From contig NC_043001.1 of assembly GCF_006345805.1 (NCBI RefSeq), positions 79,236,001 to 79,300,000 on the forward strand: DNA of 64,000 bases, given 5' to 3'. The notes beneath the pieces are model-generated. The model was not told where the DNA came from and searched no databases. It saw nothing but the letters and a program-made list of their open reading frames with translations. Numbering within the stretch: the first letter of the stretch is position 1; the number at the start of each line of letters is the position of its first letter. The DNA comes from Octopus sinensis. Taxonomy: Eukaryota. The position numbers and the translations under genes are program-made. Below, piece after piece: positions 27,575 to 41,107 of this stretch.

Positions 27575-28527
27575 TTAACGGAGAGTATACAGTTTGCCGT
27601 ACAGAGCAACACTCGTTTTTTGTCTTTCCCCTGTAGTCTCCGTAGCGCGCGCTGCATCAGTTACTGCAGCATCACTTGTAAGTCGATCTGCGCGTTGTGC
27701 TGCAGTATCTATAGCTCGTGCTGCAGCAGTTGAGGAAGCATCACGTGTAAGTCGATGTGTGCGTTTTGCTGCAGTCGAGGAAGCATTTCTTGTTCGGCGT
27801 GCTGAAAGTTGCTCGTTGCTCTGGGCGTCTCGTTTCGCAGCAATACGTGTAAACCAATCACAACGCTGATCTTCACTTCTTCTTCTTCGCGCTGAAGCCA
27901 TCCTAAGTGCATTGAGAGAGCTCCTCCTAGTGGCATCCACGGTAGATTCATTTGCACGCATGAGTTAAGGTTAGGGTTAGGGTTTGGATCTTTTGCATCG
28001 AGACATGGTGGAAAATTATCAGTTTACGCAATAGAAAAAAGTTTTAAGGAAAAACGGTGAATGTGTGGCACCCATAAAATAGTAAAATGTTGTTGGCAAA
28101 AAAAGTTAATCACACTGACCGAATTAAGGATTTTCAAATTTGGGTAAGAGTTTTGGAGTGGCTAGTTTAAGTTGGAATATGAAAAAGAGCGCTCACGTGA
28201 AACAGAGGCAAATCGTAACTCAAAATGCTGGCATTACTCTGCAAGCACTTGATAAGAGCTCGCCACAGTACTGACAATGTAAAGTATTGATTTTTTTCCA
28301 GTTGTGTGTGTCACGTTTTTTTCCCTTGTTCAGGCCACATCCTAGGCGAATTGAGAGTAGTCTCTTTATGTAGGAGGCGCGGAATTTCGAGGGAAAGATT
28401 ATAAGAAAAGCGTCCGAAGTCAAAAAGAGCACACATCAAATTTGGTCAAATTCGGTTGAAAATTGTAGGAGTAGAAGTGGTTCACATAAGACACACACAC
28501 ACATACACACAGACACACAGACACACA

Positions 28528-28570
<43 letters not shown>

Positions 28571-28610
28571 CCAGACAATTTGCCTTTTAATATACAAGCT
28601 ATCTATAGAT
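27575..28610 (-). mobile_element. Helitron 5' portion with STPR-like repeat ORF (27575-27961)
   Basis: Lep1-like 5' end near 28610 (AAAGGCAAATTGTCTG-(TG)n...TTCAACCGAATTTGACCAAATTTG) is co-oriented with ORF ...SEDQRCDWFTRIAAKRDAQSNEQ...RLTSDAAVTDAARATETTGERQ. Confidence 0.6.
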
Positions 28611-28626
28611 TATATTATATTATAGC

Positions 28627-28915
28627 ATGGCTTGGTGGTTAGGGTGTTGCACTCACGGTCACCAGATCGTGGTTTCATTTCCTAGACTGGGTGGAGTGTT
28701 GTGTTCTTGAGCAAAATATTTCATCTGATGTTGCTCTGCGTTCACTTCGACACCTGACGCTTGGAGCACACTGCACTTCTTCAGGCAACGCCGATTCCAT
28801 GGCAGGAGTGAGCCGAAGTATGGCACATGCATTTGATCACTATAAATAAATTACTGTGTAGTTCGTTCGGCAAAACCTGAACATTCATACGACGTCTTTG
28901 ACTGGAGACTCCAAT
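28627..28915 (+). mobile_element. tRNA-derived SINE family D (CORE-like)
   Basis: GCATGGCTTGGTGGTTAGGG A box; GTTGTGTTCTTGAGCAAAA CORE-like motif. Confidence 0.65.
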
Positions 28916-29705
28916 GTATTTACCTGTACTATTTATAAAGTATAATACCTATAGGATGCGAATTAAACGTTTAGAAAGCAAAGAACTATTTTTAACAATT
29001 ACGAATTAATACAGTTCTAGAGTAGAGTATATTTAATCTTTATTAATCAACGGAAAAGAATAAAGGTAAAAATAATTTTTTACACAATATATGCAATTTG
29101 ACCAACTTCTAAAATAGGATTCGTTTACTAAATACAAAGTACGATATATTCCATGATATTGCACAGCATTCTGGGATTGCTAAACATTTTAGATATCATG
29201 AAGCCGGATAAGTACTACGGTATTGTATAGTAAAATCAGCAGAATATATCACTAATTTTACGTGAAGGCTCAATCGTCTTTTGATACTGAGAAAACTGTC
29301 ATAAAAACTATAAGCTTTTGGGAACGTATTACTTATTGAAGGAAAAATATGTATTCTATAAACATTTAAATCAAAGCAAATCGGAATATACGAAAGAAGT
29401 AGTCGGAAGCTATGGAAGTATGAAACTACAATTCAAACGTAAATAATATAGTTTAGTACTACTTATATCACGGTCATATTTATTTACATACACGTGTGTG
29501 GGTGTGAGTGTGTGCGTATATGTGCTTGTGTGTTTGTGTGTGCGTGTGGGTGCGTATGTGTGCGAGTGTATGTTTCTCTTTGGATTCATAAATTGTAATG
29601 TTATAAATAACAGAACTTGCTGATGAAAGGCTTCACATCTTTGATAATCAAATTTATGCATTTTCGATTGGCTGGGATTTTAACTCTTATCTCAGATCCT
29701 TACAT

Positions 29706-29740
<35 letters not shown>

Positions 29741-29876
29741 ACACACACACACACACATACACAAACACATATATACATCTATATATATATATATATATAT
29801 ATGTATAAATATATATATATATATATATAAGTACATATATACGCTTATTTATATATATGTATGTATATATATATAA

Positions 29877-29955
<79 letters not shown>

Positions 29956-31069
29956 CATATATGTGTGTGCTTGTGTGTGTGTGCGTTCGTGTGTGCATAC
30001 ACACATTGTTGATATTTTAGATGTTTTAACATTGTGTGTGTAGAGAGAATTTGTAACTGAAACTTACTTCTTTCTTTCCTATCCTATTTCAATATCAAAA
30101 TGGCATTGATAAATAGACAATGGAGCACAAAATAAACAATTGCCAAAGGAAGTATCGAAGAGATTTTGATATTCTTCGGCGATGTAAGACTGTTTAAACA
30201 AATAGCCGTATTTGTGTCTCGAACGACTACGATGTGTTACATATGTGTAAGCGCACGTATATTAATCCTCTAAGCTTGCAAAACATGTTAGTATTAGAAG
30301 CAATTCATGACACAATATACAGAAAATTTGTAAGAAACCGACGTATATTAGCCTGAGTTAAATCACCAAATCTTCTACTCAAGATATTGGAAAATAAAAT
30401 TTAGTTTTTCGTTTACATATTTTCCGGCTAATTATCATATTCTTTTATTGGATTGAATAATCGTTTAATCCACCCCTAGTAAACAAACACACTTAGTGTT
30501 AGCGTAAACACGTTTTCGGTTTTAAAAAATTTGAAATCTTAGCGATACAGAGAATGTTATCCTTATTTGAAACATCAGCCACATTGATGGTTCTTTACGA
30601 TTTATGTTCCCAAATTACGTGATGGTATTATTAAGCGTATCTAAGTGCTGAGTGCATTGTCACATAGAGAACGTGTTGCTGCTTCTTCAAAGCGTAGACT
30701 AGGTTAAAAATGCAATCCGCCAAAGAGCATATGGGATAATCCATTTACGTTATGTAAATATAATCATATTTTAAAGAATTTGCGAAGAGGAGTCAAATCT
30801 TAAAAAAAATATATGAAATCAGGCAATGATTAAAAAGATTGGGGGAAATTTGATTCGCCTGAAAATATCTAAAATTGTCACGTATACCGGAATATGATGC
30901 TTATTTATACGGTCATTATATTGGAAAAGTTTTCAATTTACGATACGCGATATATGATAAAAAAAAAGACAAACAGAACACATACGTTTAATATTTTCAG
31001 CGATCTGTTGAGTAAGACTATTTTGCAATATGATTTCGGAATTCAATTTCATCCCATTTTCTTTTTAGC

Positions 31070-31459
31070 TTCACTCTTTGGGAAGCATCCATGCTGGAGT
31101 ACTGCCTCGAACAAATTGACCCCAGTACTTATTTGCAAAAAACTGGTTATTATTCTATCGGTCGGTTTGTGCTGAACAGATAAGTTACGAGGATGTAAAC
31201 ATATCAACACCATTTGCTAGGTGGCGGTGGCTAAACACTGACACAAGCACACACACACGCACACATACATCACTTAACAACCGATGTCAATGTGTTTATG
31301 TGAACGTGACAAAAGAGACCGATATAAAAAGTACTAGGTTTACAAAGAATAAATCCTGAGGTCAATTTCTTGGACTAAAATCCTCTACGTTAGTGCTCCA
31401 GCATGACTGCAATCAAATAACGGAAACAAGTCAAAGAATAAAAGAATACGTATACATGT

Positions 31460-31513
<54 letters not shown>

Positions 31514-31519
31514 ATATAT

Positions 31520-31551
<32 letters not shown>

Positions 31552-31995
31552 CATATATACGTATTCTTTTATTATTTGACTTGTTTCCGTTATTTGATTG
31601 GTAGAAGGAAACTGTAAGACGCAAAACCCAGACGCATGCACACACAAATACACACACCACACACACATATATATATATGTGTATGTATGTATATGTATGT
31701 ATATATATATGTATATATATATATATACACACACACACACATATACATATATATATGTGTGTGTGTGTGTATGTATATATATATATATATATATACATAT
31801 ACATACATACACGTATATATATGTGTGTGTGTGTTTGTGTGAGCGTGCGTCTGGGTTTTGCGTCTTACAGTTTCCTTCTACTAATTTTACTCAAAGGTTT
31901 TGGTCGACCAAGGGTCCCCAAGGTGCCACGCAATAGGACTGAAACTTTGACCATATCGTTGGGAAGCAAGATTCTTTACCACACAGCTTCGGCTG
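31070..31995. mobile_element. Cluster of SINE family A pieces (31070-31255 -, 31270-31454 +, 31825-31995 -) with local inverted duplications
   Basis: Family A tail and head motifs; inverted repeats 31411-31454/31556-31599 and 31601-31657/31825-31881. Confidence 0.7.
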
Positions 31996-32514
31996 CATTC
32001 AGTTGAATATGATATCTTCATGCAATTAAAATGAAAGCAAGATTTTCAAAGTATAGTTGGAGGTGAGCCCCGTACTGCATAAAGATTTAGAGGTAACATA
32101 TAAAATACTGCAATATCGCTTATTTGAATAAATTCGTGCCACCACGGAAGTCTCTATATGGTCGTTTGTTTCTTAAGAAATAACAACCAAATCTCATTCT
32201 ATCAATATAATAACATCTTAAATACAGCGATAATTGCAGCTTTTATAACCGGAATAATTTTGATCGTGGATCAGCTCGATCACAGGTGACCTGCAGGTGA
32301 ATAACGAGAAGAGCTTCGAGCAGTCATCATAGGCATGTGAAGGTGCTCATCTAACTCAAAATATTAAATTTTGAGCACCAAGTACAATGAGGGTATTAGT
32401 CGTCGGTTTTGTAATATTTTTTGGAATCTTTAGAAGTAAATTTTCCTTTTAAAACTCTTATTTTGAAATGGTGATGTCTTCTCATTTATAGTACAATATT
32501 AGAGTTAGGAGTAA

Positions 32515-32690
32515 AGCGATGATCTGTCAGGATCGTTAGCATGGCGTGCAAAATGCTTAGCGGTATTTCATCTGTCTTTACGTTCTGAGTTTAAATTCCG
32601 CCAAAGTTGACTTTGCGTTTCATCCTTTCGGAGTCGATAAAAAGTGCCAGTTAATTCAAGTTAATTCCTCCCTGGAACTCGCTAGCCTAC
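32515..32690 (+). mobile_element. SINE family C
   Basis: ATCGTTAGCATGGCGTGCAAAATGCTTAGCGGTATTTC...CATCCTTTCGGAGTCGATAA. Confidence 0.8.
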
Positions 32691-32799
32691 GAGTCATAGG
32701 GATTTTGACTATGAGAATTTTAAGTATCTTGGCTTCAGGTGTTGCGAAATTGCTGGTCACAGTACAAGAGACATTTTCTCTTCCGTCAGGAACCCCTTC

Positions 32800-33120
32800 A
32801 GCGGAGATTGTCCATGAAATTGTTCATGAATGACAATAAATATTCAAAGGCTTTATTGATCGAAAAATGTATATTATCTACAAGACAATGATTGTATTTT
32901 AACTGCATAAGAGGAAAGTTATCTACAAAATGTGAACGTTAGCTGAAAAAGATTAAGATTATCTCCAAATCAGTTATCTTTACCTATCTTCACCTATAGT
33001 AAAGAGTCTTTTACAATGACTGAAGATGTAAACAAGCAGTAAACTGCAGAAGATGGGTATTAGCTGCAAAAAGAGGGAGCCAGCTACAAAACTGGATGAT
33101 ATCTTCACAGAAAAATACGT
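32800..33120 (+). mobile_element. Possible decayed RTE LINE fragment
   Basis: SLPIFTYSKESFTMT resembles the RTE motif VLP.LTYG.E.WTLT; little else is recognisable. Confidence 0.3.
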
Positions 33121-34591
33121 GAGCCTCAAACATTATTAGTGACAAAAAATATTTTAATATGACAATAACATATTTAATTAGCTATTAGTTTGGTAATCCC
33201 ACATCCTTTTATCGTGAAATGTTTTAACAAAACACCAGGTGCAACAACACATCAAGGTGCAACACAATAAAGTCCATTCTATGATCATTCCCAAGTTTAA
33301 AGCAAAATTTAACGTTGGCTCTTTGTTCAAACTTCCTGTCCATGACAAAAATCACAAGCTACAGTATACACTTGACTTTTAAAAAACCCCACAGATTTCA
33401 CTACTTGCGAAGTAAGCACGGCGTTGTCATTCGGCATACTACCTCACGTAGGTCACTGCTAGATCTTACTGCGACCCCTACCGTGTGATGCCAGCTGCTG
33501 GCGTGCTACTGAACTAGTCAGAGATCTTTTTCATACCACTTCGTACTAAAGAAAACCACGTTGTCGTCGTTCTGCTAACTTAAAGTGTCTAACGTTAGAC
33601 TAAAATCAGGCGTACTTTCAAATGCATTCCATAATCAACATTAACTAACACACTAATGTATATCTTGGAAGGTTTACAAGATATCACACCGAACCCTAAG
33701 TCCAAGAAGTGATGTATACAATTACTCATTCTGCTAGAAATAGCAATTAAACTTATATCAAATCACACAATTTTGCTTTTTACAAAGGAATAACGCATTG
33801 GGTAACATATAATTGATATAAAACAAAGCAGGATGGTCTTGCTGGTATAACTTTGGCTGTAGAGTTTCCACCAAGTGCTGTGTTTTGAAACTGAATCTAT
33901 AAACATGTAATTGGGAAGCAAATCTCCTTAGCACAAACGCCAGCAAAAGCGCGCGCGCACACACACACACATCAGCCTTGTACTAGAGGAAGCCCGTTAA
34001 AAGCACCCCAGAAGCAGGAGGTGGTATAAAGCAAAGAGGTAGCTTAGATCTCTATTTCAACACGAGAAACAAGCCACCAAATAGGTCGTTCTAGCAATAA
34101 TACCAGCTAAATCTTAATTTACATAAAAATGGACATGCTTTCCTGGGTTCTGTGTACATAGGGAGAAAGATTGAATAGTTAAGGCTGGAACTACTTTGAT
34201 CATTCGTCTGCTCGATCAAAGATGACCTGAGGTTAAACAGTAGCAAAAACAACAACAAAAACACAACAGAGTGATCGACATTATAGAGTGATACGCCACA
34301 TCACACTTCAACAGTGTGAAAATACGGAAGGAAATTAACCAAAGAAATAAATAAATGAAAATGAAATAAAATAAAATAAAATAATAAAGTCTACAAAAAT
34401 ATGAAATCAAAACCTGATTATGCAAATTAAATTTAACAAGATCTATAAATTATAGAGTAATTTATTTCATTGTTTAGTCTCAATCATTATTCTTGCTTGT
34501 CTATGTGTTTATGTTGCTATTACAAACAATTATTATTTTAGATTACTATAGTCGACACATACACACAAGAACCACATATACACATACATTA

Positions 34592-34634
<43 letters not shown>

Positions 34635-34650
34635 TATGTGTGTGTGTGTG

Positions 34651-34741
<91 letters not shown>

Positions 34742-34777
34742 CACATATATATATACAATTATCTGTTATAAATATGC

Positions 34778-34836
<59 letters not shown>

Positions 34837-35347
34837 ATATATATATATATACATTATATATATATATACATAAATACAGAATATTGTATATATTTGTGTC
34901 TAAGTGCGTTTATTTATATGCATACGTATTAATATCTTTGCGCACACACACACATGTAAATACATAAATACATATATACACATAATTGTAAACACACACA
35001 CAGATATATATGTTGTTTTTTTTTTTCCTATTTTCATTCTATTATTTTTTCTTGATTTCATTTTCACTTTTGTTTGTTTTTTTTGTTTGTTGTTTGAATT
35101 ATTATTATTATATTTTTTTTCAATTTCTTTTATCAATTTAGAGCCGCTGTTAAATTCTTTTATTTTAATATTTCGAATTATCATGTTAAAATAATATTTC
35201 TCCATTTAATTATTATCATATTTCTTTTTTCGTCTTCTTTTTTTTTTGTTCGCTTTGAATTAATTTTATATTTTTTATTATGTGTTGTTCGTAAACTATA
35301 TTGTTACACTTTGCTCGTTTTTCATTTCTTGTTTGCCTCAATAATGT

Positions 35348-35407
<60 letters not shown>

Positions 35408-35433
35408 CATAATATACATACATATATATATAC

Positions 35434-35481
<48 letters not shown>

Positions 35482-35545
35482 GAGTGTGTGTGTGTATATA
35501 TGTGTATAAATGTATGTATGTATATATGTATGAATATGTATATGG

Positions 35546-35576
<31 letters not shown>

Positions 35577-36624
35577 GTACAATATAAAATTATAAATACA
35601 CATATTCATAACAATAATATACACAGGCATATATTATACAACGCAAATACAAGGACGTCATAACATAGGCGCATGAACACATACACAGAGCATACAAATA
35701 CGCACGCACACATACACAAACACATACACACAGAGTCACATATATATGTGCGTTTAGGAGTGTTTGTGTGTGTGAAGAGAGACAGAGAAATGGGCGATAG
35801 ACATAGAGAGTCAGAGAGAGAAAACAAATGGACGTTGAACTAGCAGAATCGGTATAGCTTCGGATCGGACGTCTTGCGGGGTTTCTTACGAATGTATGTG
35901 CTTCTGAGTTCGAATATTACTGTGGTCAATACAAGGTCAATGCAATAACAGAGAAAGAAAGAGAGAGAGAGAGAGAGAGACTCGGTGGAAATGTAGAGCA
36001 TGACATTCAGTGTTCTTTGCTCTCGCTTGACCCTATATGAATCGGTATTGAATTCGCAACATTTTGCAATAGCAGCCCTCCCAAAAATAAAAATAAATAA
36101 ATAAATCGAGTCTTTCAGGAAATGGAATATTAGCAATAGACTTAGAATATCCTGAAAAAAAGGTATGTTTCTACCTTTGTGCTTATCACATACTGCGCAG
36201 TAACCCAGCTGATAAAAGTTATTGGAAGAGGACTTGGAGGTCTTATCTATGCATACGTGTATTGTATATTACTTTGGGTGTGTTTGTGTATGTATGTGCG
36301 TGTGTGTGAGTGAGTGCGTGTGTGCTTGCGCGTGCGTGATTGGTGGGGTGAATTATATTTCACGTTGTAATCATTTGATAATTTCGGATTAATTCCTTTT
36401 AAATGTTCGCCATATTGCTATATACAATAAATGTATACATATATTATGTACGTATACATGTATGTCATTGCTCAGTTTAATTTCAAAATATCTTGCTAAT
36501 TAGAGAAAAAACCGGTTATTTTTGTATGTATGTATGTATGTATGTATGCATGAATGAATGAATGAATGTGTGAAGATTTGTATGTTTTGTTTTACGTATG
36601 TATTCTATTCTCATGCATATATAT

Positions 36625-36838
36625 TTATTTACTGCCCACAAGGGGACAAACAAGGACAGACAAAGGGAGTAAGTCGATTACATCGACCCCAGTGCGAAAC
36701 TGGTACGTTATTTATCGAACCCGAAAGGATGAAAGGTAAAGTCGACCTCGGCGGAATTTGAACTCAGAACGCAACGACAGACGAAATACCGCTAAGCATT
36801 TCGCCCGGCGCGCTAACGTTTCTGCCAGCTCGCCGCCT
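36625..36838 (-). mobile_element. SINE family C, near full length and little diverged
   Basis: Reverse complement of GGCGGCGAGCTGGCAGAAACGTTAGCGCGCCGGGCGAAATGCTTAGCGG...GTTCAAATTCCGCCGAGGTCGAC. Confidence 0.9.
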
Positions 36839-37439
36839 TTCTCATGCATATAGTTACATATCTAGACATGGTCATATATATTTAAATGATAAACTTCTGG
36901 AAAGTTTTACAGATTCTTACTGTTCCAGTGATGGATTGGATCTGTAGTCTTCGAATTAGCTTCCTCCTTTCTGGTTTTGAGAAATGTGTGTATGTATGCA
37001 TGTATGTACATATATTATGTATATAATGTGTGTGTGTCTGTGAATGAATATATGTGCATATATATGTATATGTATATGTGTGTGTATGTGTTTGCGTCGT
37101 GTGAGTGTACGTTTGTGTATGTGTGTGTATGTGTGAGTGTGTGCGTGTATGTTTGTTTATGTGTGGGCTTGTGTGTGTATGTGCGTGTATTCGTGATTGT
37201 ATGTGTATTTGTGAGAATGTATATGAGGGTGCGTTAACTTCATTTCAAAACAAAGACAGACATTGATTTATATTGACAATCAACTGATGGGTTGAGAGTG
37301 GTGGGAGGGCGGGAAATGAATTCTATTTAAATACTGAACTGTGAATAAATATCCTATGTACTCACATCACAGCCATCTTCTTTAGCATTGATTCGGTGGA
37401 ATTAGCATCTACATTTCACTGTCTGACCACCTTGAATGA

Positions 37440-37566
37440 TGTTACAACGACAATGACGAGGACGACGACGAGGAGGATGGTAATGATGATGATGATGATG
37501 GTAATGATGATGATGTTGGTAATGATGATGATGATGATGATGATGGTAATGATAACGATGTTAGTA

Positions 37567-37602
<36 letters not shown>

Positions 37603-37623
37603 GTAATGATAACGATGTTGGTA

Positions 37624-37674
<51 letters not shown>

Positions 37675-37720
37675 GTGATGATGGTAATGATAATGATGGT
37701 GGTAATGGTGATGATGATGT
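37440..37720 (+). repeat. Compound (ATG)n/(GTAATG) microsatellite
   Basis: Direct reading; explains the poly-Met and poly-Ile ORFs. Confidence 0.95.
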
Positions 37721-37902
37721 TCTTTATTATCGTGAAGTACATCAATAACAGGGCTAGTTTTATTTCATTCGTTTACTTATACATTTATATATGTATTTTT
37801 GTTAATATCGTCATCGCGAACACAACTCCCAACTATGATCAACATCAAGGATATTTTCGATGTATGAATATGTGCGTATGTATGTATGTAGTAATAATTG
37901 AT

Positions 37903-38203
37903 GAAGGAAACCGAAGATAAATTCAGTACTAGTCTTTATTCAGAACGACGTTCGTTTCGACTCATCCAGAAGATGTTCATTGCGAGTAGAATTTGGCGCA
38001 TATAATTGTGTTGAGTTAATTTGTGCAGTTTGTGTCACATGAGTCTCAGGTGTAAAGAAGGGTATGTTCCGTTAGATATACTGAGATGTATTAGGCATTA
38101 TGCTGGTCCCTGTGATATCTTGGTTAAACAACGGACAGTTACAGGATGAGTCGAAACGATCGTCATACGGAAGAAAGGACCAAATCTATCTTCCGTTTCC
38201 TTC
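37903..38203. mobile_element. Inverted pair of pLTR-like ends with partial hammerhead cores
   Basis: 37903-37967 and 38144-38203 are imperfect inverted repeats sharing GGATGAGTC-GAAAC-GAWC-GTC. Confidence 0.5.
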
Positions 38204-38397
38204 AACAGTTATTATTATCACGGCTAACACTGCAGAATTCCTGAAGTAGATCCAGCGGAAATATATCCCAACCGTGGATGACACCAGGCAGCCCAGACTG
38301 TGAACGGGCTTCACTCAACGCAGTAACTGACATATACCTAATAGTCTAATATATATATATATTGCTTTCTTGTCCCATTTTTGTATATATATATATA

Positions 38398-38563
38398 GCG
38401 GTGCAGCAGTGGCTGTGTGGTAAGAGGTTTGCTTCCCAACATCATGGTTCCGGTTTAAGTCCTCACTGCGGGGCACCTTAGCCATTTGTCTCCTACTATA
38501 GCCTCGGGCTGACCAAAGTTTGTGGCGGTGTACTTAGTAGTTGGAAACTGAAAGAAGCCCGTC

Positions 38564-38605
<42 letters not shown>

Positions 38606-38770
38606 CTGTGTATGTCTGTGTGCATTTGTGTGTCTGAGGTTGCCCCCCCCCCATCGCTTGACAACCGATGTTAGTGTGTTTATGTCCCCGTAACATTACC
38701 GGTTTGGCAAAACAGACCGTCAGAATAAGTACTAGGCTTACAAAGAATATATCCTGGGACCGAATTATAT
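38398..38770 (+). mobile_element. SINE family A
   Basis: Head GTGGCTGTGTGGTAAGAGGTTTGCTTCCCAAC, body, microsatellite and tail are present. Confidence 0.85.
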
Positions 38771-38786
38771 ATAGCTGAGTATATAC

Positions 38787-38890
38787 ACAGTAGATCCCCG
38801 GTTTCCGAGCACCTCTTATTACGAACAATTTTTCTAATGTAACACGTCTCAGGGTACGAAGGGAGTCTCGTGTAACAAACGCAGAGATTG
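38787..38890 (+). mobile_element. Tigger/pogo-like terminal fragment
   Basis: CAGTAGATCCCCGGTTT...TTACGAACAA resembles Tigger-type TIRs; the other end was not found. Confidence 0.35.
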
Positions 38891-39649
38891 CGACAAACTG
38901 CGATAGTTGACGAAGGTTGCCTGTATTAGAAATATCCGTAAGATTATGGGGGTTTATACCAGTGTGATTGTGTACTTGATATATATATATATATATATAT
39001 ATACGCACACACACAGAGTGAGAGACATGTCTGTGTGTATGTGTGTCTGTGTAGTATATATATGCCGTTTCATTTATTCGTTGTATAAGTATTTTTTTAA
39101 AATTTGATTTGTTGACATATATATTGAAACATACAGCTGCTGTTTATTTTTTTTTTAATGTCATATTTTTTTTTATATTTTGCTTCAGAAAGAAAATAAA
39201 TACTTTAAACCCATGAGAACTAATAATGCTTAAGGTATTGTGAAGTGATGAGATTAGTAATTGCGTTGTCAGACATCTAGCAGGGACACTATCAAATACT
39301 AGGTCTTCGAATAAGTGGTAGTTTCACTAAATATGTTGTCTTTATATATATACTGTAGAAATGTGTCATGATATAGAGGAAGTTATATACAAAGGCACAT
39401 ACAGGCATAAATACACATGTATATGTATATATACACACACACATATATATATGTGTGTGTGTGTCTGGATCTGTGTGTTTGTTCGTACATAAATGCACAT
39501 CCGAGAATGTACAAGTGTACTTTTATATATGCATATAAGCATGTACCGACCCGTGCCTCTCTACATAGGCATACATGTGTAACTGTATGCATATAAGCAT
39601 TTATCTGTCTTTCTCTATCTATCTATCACTGTATATATATATATATATC

Positions 39650-39815
39650 ACCGGAGTGGCCGTGAGGTAAGAAACTTGCTTCCCAACTACTTGGTACCGG
39701 GATCAGTTCTACTGCGTGGTACCTTGGTGATGTGTCTTCTACTATATCTTCGGGACGACAAAAATATTGTTATTGTATTTGTTAGACGGAAGCTGAAAGA
39801 AGTGCGTAAAATAAT

Positions 39816-39912
<97 letters not shown>

Positions 39913-40108
39913 ATATATATATTTATGCATGTGTACTTGACCCATGAACGCTTGACATCTTGACCACAGATGTTCGTGTGTTTGCTTCCCCGTAAGATAG
40001 CGGTTCGGCAAAAGTGACCGAAATTATAAGTATTAGGCTTCCAAAGAATAAGTTCTGTGATCGATTTATTCGAGTAGAGGCAGTACTCCACAATGGCCGC
40101 AGTCCAAT
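39650..40108 (+). mobile_element. SINE family A
   Basis: GGAGTGGCCGTGAGGTAAGAAACTTGCTTCCCAAC...; tail ...CAATGGCCGCAGTC. Confidence 0.8.
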
Positions 40109-40133
40109 GCATACATAGACACATACATACACG

Positions 40134-40203
<70 letters not shown>

Positions 40204-41107
40204 TATATCTTAGTTGAATAAAGTTAAAACATGGTTTTAGATTTCACATTTTTATCGTATTTAAAAGTAATTTTTTACAATGTTGAAGCGTATTAAACTT
40301 TAAAAATATTATTTTGTAACGTTCATAAGGTCCATACGTTCGTCATAATCATCAGATTTGAAAATTTTGAAATTGCTATGTACGTATGAAAGCGCTAATT
40401 TAAATTTATGAACATCACAAAATATATTCTTAATATTTAACACACTTCATCATTGTATAATGTATTTTTTTAAATACAATAATAGAAAACGTGAAAACGA
40501 GACCGTGCTGTAACTTTATTCAGCCGATCAATAATTCTATATATATTTTCACAAATTCGGAATATCCGAGTGTCCTATTCAGGATTGCATTAGTTTCCGT
40601 ACAGTAAGAAATTGTAGGAATGATGATTAAGAGAAAGGAGATTTTCGACATCTATCATTTTAGTAAAAACGTTATTTAGAGCATTCGTTTCTGCTACATC
40701 GACTGTACACTGTTAGAAATTCATCCTGGTGTCATTGTCGGTATAGTTTCCTCTGGATCCTTATTTATTGCCGTTTCGAAACTGAAGGAATCAGTAAGCT
40801 GAATGAATAAAGTGTTTTTTTTAGAATGAGTGGGTGAACAGACTCCGCGCAAGTCACAAACGTAGTAGGAATCCATTTACTATTCATCATAAACAAAGAA
40901 TTCTCTGTGATAGGATGGGGTCTATACAGGGATGATGCTCTTTTGATCGTGGACATCCCCTCAAATATAGGGACAGAGAGGTACAGGAAAAACAGAACCT
41001 GCAACTACCCATATCAATAGAGAATGAACACAACTTTTTTATGATACTTTAGACTTAAGTGCAGGGATTTAAAAGCTTTATTATAAGAGAAACACGAACC
41101 TTATATA

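Noticed and set aside
27965-27982. TTAGGG telomeric repeats
   Set aside because: Only two perfect units, inside a Helitron-like element; no evidence of a telomere or fusion site.
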